The position numbers and the translations under genes are program-made. DNA of 64,000 bases, taken from Paraspadella gotoi. Lineage: Eukaryota; Animalia; Chaetognatha. Below the pieces are notes generated by a model. It had not been told where the DNA came from. It did not search any database and was given only the letters and a program-made list of their open reading frames with translations. Shown in pieces: positions 51,638 through 61,122 of this stretch (positions are counted from its first letter, which is position 1; the number at the start of each line of letters is the position of its first letter). Location: positions 14,887 through 78,886 of the forward strand of contig JBJCIZ010000810.1 of NCBI GenBank assembly GCA_051294375.1. Reading direction: 5' to 3'.

Positions 51638-54600
51638 TTTTTCGTTATCCGTCTTTCTGGCTCCTTTCGAAAATTTAATTTTCCTTTTTATTGTTTGCGG
51701 GGAAATTTGGGCTTCTTATTTCTTAAATATCTTTTTTTTTTTTTTTTTTTTTTTTGTTTGAGAAATGATCTTCTCCCTTTTTTCCGCGTCCCCGGCAGAT
51801 CAACTTCGCAGAAGTTAGGTTAAATGTTGAAGCCAGCGACGTTAATGTTGGTTTCAACACGGTGAGGGATACGAGTGTTAAGAGAGAGAAGAAGAGAGAG
51901 TGGGGAGAGAGAGAGAGAGAGAGTAGAGAGAGAGAGTAAGGGGGCAGCCGTTGAGATAAGGGTCTCTAGATTCCATCGAGAGTTGTCGTTGTTGTTTGTG
52001 CTCTTAGTGGTTTAGGGCGTGAGGAGTTTACTGCGGTGATATTCTCTTTCTTTCTTTCTTTCTTTCTTTTTTCAACACTGTTGGATTGCCGTGTTTTTGC
52101 TGAACGCTAAAGAGCTTTGTTAAGAGGAAAAGAGTTTGAGAAGTCCGCGGTTTCACGCGCTTTGAGGCGGCGGCGGTGGTAGACGTAATTGGGCGTTTCC
52201 AACGCCTATCCTTGAAATGGTTTTCCGTCGATTTGAATTATTTTGTGCGGTCCAGTGTAAAAGCGATTTCACTTTATTTATACGTTCTTGGAGTGGCGGC
52301 CAGTTCCGGAATGAGATCGCGTCTGACGTAGACGAGGTCGCCGACAGAGAGTCGTTTCGGGTCGCGCAGGGCGGTTGTTTCAGTTTCGTGTAGCGGTGGA
52401 GTGGCGGCGATTCGCTGCGCCGCGACGCGTTCCGTGTGCGCGGTTTTGCCTGCTTTGCGCAGTTGCTTGCAAATTCGGTGAAGTGATTCCATAGAGAGCT
52501 TTCGTCCGCTGGTTCGAGATCCTCCGTCGATTCCAAACTGTAGCTCATGAAGGCGACATGTCTGTTTCCAACCGGAATGGGCGTGGCGGTTTTAGCGCCA
52601 ACAGGAAGGTGAGGGGCGCCGGGAGCCATCGCATTTGGGTCGTCGTCGAGAGCCTTTCTGAGCGCCTGTCGAATGCGCCCGCAATGTTCCCTTTCTGCCG
52701 CGATTACTATTTTGTCCTTGAATACGAGGACACGCTTCCGCACTCATATCCCAGTAAGTCTAGGATGCTTCGCATCTACTTCGCCCATTTAGTGAAGTCG
52801 CGCGTCGAAAGTTTATCTCGAGGTACGACCGTGAAGGCTGAAAAATTTGCTTTGTCAGTGCAGTGATACATAATGGTTTGCAATCTGCACGCGGAATCTG
52901 GGAAATCGCCCATGTGTGAGGCGGAGGCGTTGGTTCAGAAGGCGACTAAAACGTTATTGAAAAGCCCGCCGCTCGGAGGAAGTGCATAAACGTCTATGCA
53001 CAAGCGACGTCCCACGGGATTAAGCTCGCGTGTGTCGGGCCTGATTCCGTCTCGTTGAAATCTCATTTCAATCTGTCCGCCTTCCGGCGAAGTTTCGCAT
53101 TCGACGCACTATTTTCGAGCAAGCCGCCGACCAGGCCGGAGCGGCTGGCTAGCAACTGTGCGGGTGGATAGTACGCGCGGTTCGTTGTCAGCGGCCGCGG
53201 GTGGCCCAAACGCGGTCGTGGGATTAAGGCGGCATGATTTCCTCTAAGTTGTCGGGAGGGACAGATGAAGACGGCGAGGTCCATTGTTTCATTCCCGGAA
53301 ACCTATCACGCAGAGAATTCCATAGTCCGAGGTGGACAAAGTCTCAGCTACCGCGCCGAGAAAGAAATGCTTGCGTCTTTGTTAACCGCCTTCGCCTTGA
53401 TGGACCGGAAGTGGGTCTTGACGGCGTCGGTTCCAATTGGTGATCTGAGGATCGTCGCGACTGATGTTGATGTCTCGTTGCTTTGGTGCCATTTCTTTAC
53501 GTCAGCCCTTGAGACTGGGTAGGCGCGGGTCCGCGGTCAAAGTGGCTTGCCTTCAGCTCGGTTTCGAGGTCCTGGGCGTCGACGTCAAAGGGAGGCCGTC
53601 GATGGCGGTGTCGTAGACGAGCTCCTCGCCTTCTTGCCCAGGTGGCAGCTGTTGAGGCGGCTGTGGCGGAAGGGGTCGTGAGGGCGCCGGCCGGCGCGCG
53701 GTTCAGCCTGCGCCCCGCGGCTTGACGAGGGTCGTTGGCCGACGCCGGCAGGTTGGGCCGGCGACACGCTCCTGGGGTGGCGATGGCGAACGGCGGCGGG
53801 CCGGCGGATGGCGGTGCTTGCGCAGGCGACGCATCATTGCTCCAATCCGGCACTAAGATCATTCGGAGCCGGAAGCTGGGTTGAAAACTGGCTGAGGACG
53901 TGTCTCGGGGGAGGTTCGCAGCCGCGATGGTTTTTGCTTTAACAACCGCGTGTTTATGGCGCGCCTCGGCCGAAGGCTTCTTCGGGGCTCTCTTCATCGT
54001 GGTCTAAGCTCCGCAACAGTGATGAGCCACGGCGTCATCGGGTTTGTCTCGGAAGTCCAGCCACTGTTGAGTCCAGTGCGCGAAGGTAAGTCCCCAGGTG
54101 GTGAGTCTTGTATGAGAGAGACTTGGCCTGTGATTGGACCTGAAAGATTTTGGAGAGTTCGGTCTGATTTTCTCTTCCATAGGCGCTTTTTGGACGAAAT
54201 TTGCAGCCTGATGGCACATGTGGAGTCTTCGTGCTAGTATTATTTATGCATAACTCCCTGTCATTTGTCAAAAGTTCTAGCTCACGGGTGACCAAGGTTC
54301 CAGTCCTTTCGCCGATATCGTGCGGATAAGCGTTCGGCGTTTTTTTTTCGTTTCCGGAACAGTCGCCATAATAGACCGGCCGTTAGTGTTTTCTCTTTCG
54401 CTTGTCAAACCCTTTTTCGTTAAAGTACAAATTCGAAAAATTTCTTCCTTTCCCGAAAAGATTTTTCGTCTATCTCAGCGTGGCGGCGACGAAGGCGAGC
54501 GCGGGGCTGCCGCCAGTGTGGCAGTTCAAATGAACGCAGGCCATGGCTTCCCCGGTGACTGGAGCATCTTCGGAAGAAGCCAGGGGACGTAAGCTCCTGT

Positions 54601-57600
54601 GGCAGTCAAAACGCTGCCTGGCGCAGAAGGGCGTGTCGAGCGGCGTTATCTGGCCTTGGTCGGTGAAAGCGGGTGAGGAAATCCGCGGGATTTTCCTTCG
54701 CTTTTCACCAAGTACCACTTTCTTGGGGGTGGATTCCTGACGGATTTTCTTGGTGATCGCAAGCGGAGGAACGTTTGTCCGGTAGCGATTGTTGTTTTAA
54801 TCTGCTGTAAGTCCATGAATTCGTTTGAAATATTGTGAATCTGTGATCAATGAAACCCGCGTACCGCAGATTGTAGCCTTTAAATCGTCTAATCATCATG
54901 TTGAACGCGCAACGTTTCTAAGATGTTTATATGCTTTAGTTCGGCTACTCTTCGCTGGGAAAGGTCTTCGAGTGGAAACTGAGGGGGACTCGATGCCGTC
55001 GCTGTGGCTGTGATGAGACCTTCCGCATCGGCGCTGGTTTGCTGGCGTCAGCGCTAAATGCGGTATTCGCCATTTTTTATCTTTGCAACGTTCAGAAATT
55101 TAGACCGGGGGTCGATTTGAATTTCTTTTATTAGGCATGTCTAGGCTTTTCCGCTAATGGGCCTCTGTGAAGACTGAAAATCTTTCTTGTCAGCAGGGGT
55201 GAGGGCGTGAGGCGGTTTTGTGCCAAGATAGGTAGAAACCGGTGAGTAAAACACATAATAGTTTAGGGAAGCCAGGAGCGCTCAGCAGGTCTTTTCTGCC
55301 GTCACTTGAGTTCCTTTCAATTTTTAACATCGGCTTGTTTCCCATCGTCTCACGCTGGGGTTTCAACTTATCCTTAGACGATGCCTGAAAACCGAGGATC
55401 TTGATATCGTCCTTGTCTCAGCAGGACGCTTTTTTGGTCCATTTTGGGACCAACGTTTTCTCTTTGGCAGATCGAGAGAAACTCGGCAGGAGTCTGAGGG
55501 CCATTTTCGTCCGGGGTCCTGGCCGTGAGAATGAGGTCGTCGACATAAATAAAGGAATGATTTTTACATTCTCGCCGAGGTCGGCAAATATCTCATCGAG
55601 AATGGCCTGGAGGACGTTTATACTATTCACGTTCCGCCCATGTGGTAATTTGTTCATTTGGCCAGTTGTGTATCTGCCCCTGCAAAGGCATGAATTGGTT
55701 TTGCAGCGGTCCGTGAGGTTCAACTGGTGGAAGCAGGCCAGGATGTCGACCGAGCACTGGAAGCCATGGGGCTTGTATTCCTCAAAATTGCAGAGATCGT
55801 TTGCGCTCTGTTCGTAGGTAGAGATGTTATCAATTTACAGGCAGATAAGTCACAATATGAGGCGCCATTGTTTTGCGAAGGTCTCCATAGTCCATCTCCT
55901 CTTGTCCCTGGTCCCACGTGGTTTGGCTTCTTTATGAGGAAAGGCATTCGAGTATGCTTCGCCTGATATGTTGCTGGGAACAACCGCGGCTTTCTTTCGT
56001 GAAACTTCCAAGGTACATTTTTAAAAGGCGGCCTTCTTTACGGTCCCTGGTTGATAAAACGCGGTTTGGTAAGGAATCCTCCGTTGTGAAACCGAGGTCT
56101 ACCTTTTGTAATTCAAGAAACCTTCTTTACAATCGTTTATGGAATCGCCGAACACACGTCGGCGGAATTCCGCAATACAGCGTCCCAGAGCACGGGTGCC
56201 TTAATCGCAAGCGCTGGTCTAATTCTTTGAACGGTTTGAGAAACTTCTTCTTTTCCTCCGATCGATCATGTTTTTGTCGGCGCCTATCGCTGCTTCCGGC
56301 GTACCGCTTTTGTAACTCGGCTTCAGACGGCCGAATGCTTTATATCGTCGTTGGCGAATGTCTTTTTTTCTAATCTCTCTCTTAGTTAGGCTTTTTTTGT
56401 CCTGAGAGGTCCGCGATAACTGGTTCGCTGTGTCTGAGTCCGAGGAGGCGAGCTGGTTTCTGAGCTTCATCTGTGATGACTATCTTTGCTCCTTCCGCAT
56501 CGACCTAGGCCGTTCCCCGGAGGCTGACGTGCCGGAGCGGAGGCGTACTCCAGTGGACGGAGGCAGGCAACGTATCCGCTTAGGATTCTAACAATCCATT
56601 TCGGCATCGGTGAGGGTCTTCCAGTAAAACCTTCGGCAGCTCTAAACTGAGACTCGGCCCGGCGCATGTGCTTCAGCGAACAAAGGGATGGTAGAGATGG
56701 CGTCGACGGAGCGCCTGGCGAAGCCACCTGGCCGCTCCGGAGCGCCGTTATCTTAACTTTTCAAGCAGGTGGGGTGATGGGTTTCCAGCCATGTGAGCCA
56801 CCCATGAGTCGCCACGCTTTCCGACGGTGATAGACAGAGCTCGTGGTGGCGGGCCCCGGGGTCTTGGTGGCGGTTCCCCAATGATAACGTCACGGTCATC
56901 CTCAATCCGGCTGATACGAAAATGTTGTGTCCAAGGTCCATGTTTTGAAACAATGACACTTGAGGCTTAAACGGTCGGCGGGATGAAACACGCATTACCA
57001 TTTCCGGTGGATCAGCTCGTACTGGCGGGCCTCGGTGACTTTTGTCTCGGAGGGACCATTCGTCTACGAATGCGGCCGGGGATCGTGTTTATGGAGGCTC
57101 CCTGTGTCGTAGAGGCAGGCTGCGGGAGCGCCATTAATGGACCGCCGGTATATAGGCTATTTTTGGCGGCGTAATCGGGGCCGTTTTGTGTCAATCCCTT
57201 TGGCGGTGGAGGGCCTAGCCGTTTCCGGGCGTTGAAACCGAGGGCATCAGGGAGTGGAGAAGCGGGACTTCCGTCCCTTTGATGTGACCGTGACGCTGGG
57301 AGGCGCCGAAAATCTTTCCGGCTCGTGGCACTCCTTTTGCGGTTGGGTTTGTAGAGTTAAGGCGGCGGCATCAGCGCTGATAGCGCGTTAGTGGCTGGAC
57401 GGAGTACGGTGCCATAGCTCGGCGTTGTGTTTCCGGTGGAGCTCCTGGCGGGTCCTCGGGCTTGCACTGCGAGGCGGCGCCTCGGGCTTGAAGCGTCCCT
57501 TCCGTTCGTCTCTGTTCCAGAGGAGGAAGTACAGAGCTTTTTCACAGAGTTTTAAGTTCTCTTTATTAAAAGCCTTTTCTTCTCCTTTCCTCGCCGCGGG

Positions 57601-57979
57601 CCATAATTTTAGGGCCACTTTGTTTGCCATTTCCGAGGCTAAAGCGGCATTTCACGGTTACTTTTCAGTGGCGCAAACAACTTTCGTATCCGGCTCGTGC
57701 GCTATGGCTCCTAAATAATAGGGCATTCGTTGCGATGTCGCCTAAGGGAGGTATACTTTTGGGCCTGGCGCGGAACCTCTTTCCGCTAAATCTCCGTAAT
57801 CTAGCGGCCATGTTATTTACTAGCTCGGCCACTTCTCTTTTCTTTGTCTTTCACGGTTTCGGCTGTCCTATTCGTATTTGAGAATACTTTATAAAATTTC
57901 ATGCGGCTTTATTTTTACAGAAATGAATGTCATCATCATCGTTCGTCAATTTCAACATGGAAAATCGCGTCTTCTTGCA

Positions 57980-58363
57980 GTTTTTCCCATGAATCGCGTC
58001 CCTTCAAAAATTCCCAGTCCCTCTTGCTTCATAGTAAATAGCTCTAGTTCCCTGCCAGGCGAGCATTGGTTCGCCGTATGGTCAGAAAGTAAATATTTTT
58101 ACTTCTTCGATAGCTTTGGCAGAAAAATGCCGGCGGGGTCTAGAATAGAAACCGTCCTTCAAAATGGATCCAAGACAATCATTTATTACGACATTCAACT
58201 ACAAAACGTGACAAGTTTCAGCTGCGGTCATCATTCTGTTTTGCAACTATTATTTTTATCGCGAAATTATTCTCCCCAGAACATTCTTTCACAAGTGTAT
58301 GGGTATAAAAGAGAAACCCCGACTCTCGTCTACGACTTGATAGCTGTCTTAATTGTCAATTAA
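57980..58363 (+). CDS. Adenovirus-type (adenain/C5) cysteine protease, catalytic portion
   Basis: VFP.NRVP, FIVN, PGEHWFAV (His), YFFDSFG (Asp), IQLQ..TSFSCGHH (Gln/Cys). Confidence 0.9.
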   Translation, partial: VFPMNRVPSKIPSPSCFIVNSSSSLPGEHWFAVWSESKYFYFFDSFGRKMPAGSRIETVLQNGSKTIIYYDIQLQNVTSFSCGHHSVLQLLFLSRNYSPQNILSQVYGYKRETPTLVYDLIAVLIVN

Positions 58364-58430
58364 ATTAAATTAAATAATAAAAAAAAACCAAAAGAAGGTT
58401 AAAAATAAATGTTCATGCATTATCAGTTCA

Positions 58431-58838
58431 ATGGATAAGAAAAAAAAAACTAATAAAAATACATTTATTTTAAAAAAGAATAATGGTCAAACGGAGAAAG
58501 GTTTGCGCAAAACGTCGCGTCGCAACCAAACCTCATCGTCGTCGTCGTCGACGTCATCATCAACATCGTCCACGGAGAGCGACTGCTCAACTTCGGACTC
58601 CGGTCATGAGAGCTCAGATGGGGAATGTACGTCGTCGTCGGAAGAAGAAGAGTCGGAGACTGATGACCAAGAAGTTGACGGCCTCGGATCGACTTCGACC
58701 GCAAAGTCGTCTAAACCTGTATCGAGATTCGCTGCTGCCTTGAAGCGAAAGGTCGCAACTGTGAGGAGGAAGAAAAACGATAAGCGGGCAGAAGATGAAG
58801 ACGACGACGACGACATTCTCGAGAAACAACAAGAATGA
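58431..58838 (+). CDS. Low-complexity Ser/acidic ORF with an overlapping Arg-rich frame (58483-58743)
   Basis: GC-rich island with two open frames; no recognisable domain. Confidence 0.45.
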   Translation: MDKKKKTNKNTFILKKNNGQTEKGLRKTSRRNQTSSSSSSTSSSTSSTESDCSTSDSGHESSDGECTSSSEEEESETDDQEVDGLGSTSTAKSSKPVSRFAAALKRKVATVRRKKNDKRAEDEDDDDDILEKQQE

Positions 58839-58937
58839 ATAAAAGCAACTCTTCGATCGCCTTTCGGTCATTATCACTTTTTTCTTTTTCCTCTCTCTAT
58901 CTTTTTTCTCATTTTAATATAAAAAGAAGGAAAAAAA

Positions 58938-60182
58938 ATGGAAAGCGTTTTTTGTCTCTCAGAAAGGACGGTTATCGTGGGCGAAGCCAGTCTTTACTCT
59001 TACCGATTATGCTTGATCAAGGGAAAAGTCGATGCTTTGGGGTCTCTCTTCTTGGGTCGAGCGAATGGCGGTGGCAACAATGGAACCGGATGCGTCTACC
59101 TAAACATGATGGAATGGAAAAGTTTAATTACTCTGACAGACTCGATCGAAGACAGAATCGAACATTTGGAATCGCAAATCAAATCGGGATTCAAAGAGGG
59201 GTTAAGCGAGCCAGAATTCAAACTCATTTCATCTCGTTTCTGCGTCGTTACGTCAATTCTTCATCATCGCGGATCGTTATCAACAGGAATCTGTGTTCGC
59301 GAATACAATTTGGCGGAAGGAGCGAAAAGAGCTAACATTCTCACCATGTGCGGTAACAGATCCTTTGGTGGATGTTCCGTCTGTGGCTGTGGAGTTGGTG
59401 AAACGTCGAATCCCGTCTGCGCCGTGACGCTCGATCCTAGAGAGTTCAAGGAGCTCCGTTTCCAATGTAACGCCGTGTTGCATCACGCCATGGAGATGTC
59501 GACCGTGGTGTGGCAAGTCTCGCCTGACAATAAAGGAGAAACTGTGAAAAACATCAACGCCACCGTAAATAATTGGTTAAAATCTGGACGAAAGGGGTCC
59601 AGGTTATACTTGGCATTGGTCAACAACTGTGGTCAAGGCGATGATGAAAAACCTCTAATCACCTGTTATCTCACTGGTCGGGACAAATATCTTCGCCCTT
59701 GCCTTCCTGGTAACTTTTGCTGCTCGTCCTTGAAGGCGACGGAGACCATCTTGTCAGGCATGCCCAATCCTGCCCTTCTTGACGAGAAGAAGAAGACGAA
59801 AAGGAAGGACGCCACCGCTCCTGTTGCTGCTGAGGTTACGACGACGCCTAAGAGAAAGGTTGGAGGAGTGGAAAAAAAGGAAAAAGAATTAACGAAAAAG
59901 AAAAAAAAGACAAATCCGATCGTTCAACAGCAGCAGCAATCATCTGTGGTCGTCGCTAACCCGCCTTCCATCATTAACATGGAAACCCCGGGTGGGTGGA
60001 ACGACTATTTTGTCGGCGACAATCATCAACAACAAAACTCTTCTTACCAGCAGCAGCAGCTGCAGCAGTATTCTTCTTCTTCTTTTGCCGAGGAGCAGCA
60101 GCAACTTGTCGAAATGGAACGCTCTGTGGACAATCTCTTGCGGGAATTGGAGAGAGGAGGAGACAATGTCGCCCCTGCTTGA
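58938..60182 (+). CDS. 414-aa ORF with two putative PC4-like ssDNA-binding repeats, Cys-rich segments and a basic/poly-Q tail
   Basis: GCVYLNMMEWKSL and GICVREY...AVTLDPREFKEL resemble the PC4 pattern IREY...GISL..EQW..L; uninterrupted frame. Confidence 0.6.
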   Translation: MESVFCLSERTVIVGEASLYSYRLCLIKGKVDALGSLFLGRANGGGNNGTGCVYLNMMEWKSLITLTDSIEDRIEHLESQIKSGFKEGLSEPEFKLISSRFCVVTSILHHRGSLSTGICVREYNLAEGAKRANILTMCGNRSFGGCSVCGCGVGETSNPVCAVTLDPREFKELRFQCNAVLHHAMEMSTVVWQVSPDNKGETVKNINATVNNWLKSGRKGSRLYLALVNNCGQGDDEKPLITCYLTGRDKYLRPCLPGNFCCSSLKATETILSGMPNPALLDEKKKTKRKDATAPVAAEVTTTPKRKVGGVEKKEKELTKKKKKTNPIVQQQQQSSVVVANPPSIINMETPGGWNDYFVGDNHQQQNSSYQQQQLQQYSSSSFAEEQQQLVEMERSVDNLLRELERGGDNVAPA

Positions 60183-60551
60183 AAAATTGGGAACTCTCTC
60201 TCTCTCTCAACGAGAGAGAGAGAGGTTGGAGGGGGGAGAAGAGTAAACAATCAATAATTGTATATATATGCAAATTAGTGTGTTTTTTCTGGTGATGGTT
60301 ACTACTAATATATGTAAAAAAAAAAGTCTCTCGTCTCTTTCTTTTCTTTCTTTCCTTACGAAACGACTATTAAAAAAGGGAGGAAAAAAATGATTACGTC
60401 CCAGTTAGTTACCTATATTAATATGAAGATACCACGACATCCCATCATTTTTTCCTACGCGAGGAAAAAAGGAGATTTTAGTAATGTTAGATAATTTTAG
60501 TTGTATATTAAAAAGTATTTTAAATGATCCGTCGTTGACGCCCCTCCCGGA

Positions 60552-61122
60552 TCTTCCGAGTTGACTCGGGAAGCCTCGGAGAATCGAGAAAGAGAGTCGG
60601 GGGGGCCCTTCCGACTTCTCTTAACTCGATTTCCGAGGATGAGTAGCCCCCATTTTCCATCCATCCACCCCCCAACTCCTCCACCCTCCCTCCTCCCCTT
60701 TTCCCTATTTTCCATCCATGAGGTGGGAGGAGGAGGAGAGGGGGAGGATGGGGGTGAGTATCATCTTCATCCTCCTCCGTGAGGTCTATCAACAAGGGAC
60801 TGAACCTGCCTTCTTCTTCTTCCCCTCCTCTTCCAGAAGCCATTCTAAAGTCGGCAATCGGCGAGACTCGGTTAGAGTACTGTTTATTGTTTACCAATCG
60901 CTAACTTTTATTTCCTCAGTTGTCTATTATTGAGCATCTCTACTAATTCAGCAAAAAACAGTAATACAAACAATCGAAATCTTTATTCTCAAGTATCTCC
61001 GTCGATTTAATCACAAGATTCAGATTAAAAACAGATTTAATCACAGGATTCCGATTAAAATACTCAAGTTTGCTTCGCTTATCCTTATCACCGATGGCTA
61101 GAAGGTGTAAACATATATCTCT
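60552..61122 (-). repeat. Right TIR of the Maverick
   Basis: Reverse complement of 33882-34454; ends GGTGTAAACATATATCTCT. Confidence 0.9.

Larger units (their letters stand above)
49151..57978 (-). mobile_element. Ty3/Gypsy LTR retrotransposon with env, 5'-truncated, heavily frameshifted
   Basis: GC-rich block. PR LYDTG(A)SINTI (57081-57120) and DVIIG; RT VDILACFHQL, LPHG, YVDD (55536-55547), ILG; RH HINILE, ITDS, ENPADFLTR (54669-54695); IN GH..CVEC (53097-53108), PWD..CIDV, AER..IRQALRK, VGDLVYV, TGPHKII. Confidence 0.85.
33882..61122 (+). mobile_element. Maverick/Polinton-type endogenous virus (degenerate, with nested elements and redundant assembly copies)
   Basis: TIRs with AGAG...CTCT termini; ATPase, integrase, minor capsid, core protein, major capsid and adenain protease in canonical order; the joined flanks reconstruct the uninterrupted paralogous site at 27130-27180. 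Confidence 0.93.

Noticed and set aside
54660-55990. DIRS or BEL/Pao identity for the retroelement (HINILE, ENPAD motifs)
   Set aside because: An aspartic protease and a DDE integrase with a GPY/F-like tail are present, with no tyrosine recombinase and no BEL-type FDPLG motif; Gypsy fits best pending phylogeny.
49471-57881. Dozens of short ORFs on both strands
   Set aside because: By-products of GC-rich, frameshifted retroelement sequence; only the minus-strand gag/pol/env pieces carry motifs.
57878-57979. N-terminal 34 aa of the ORF-track protease
   Set aside because: Probably the antisense strand of the truncated Gypsy gag region; the family-typical N-terminus is at 48502-48568.
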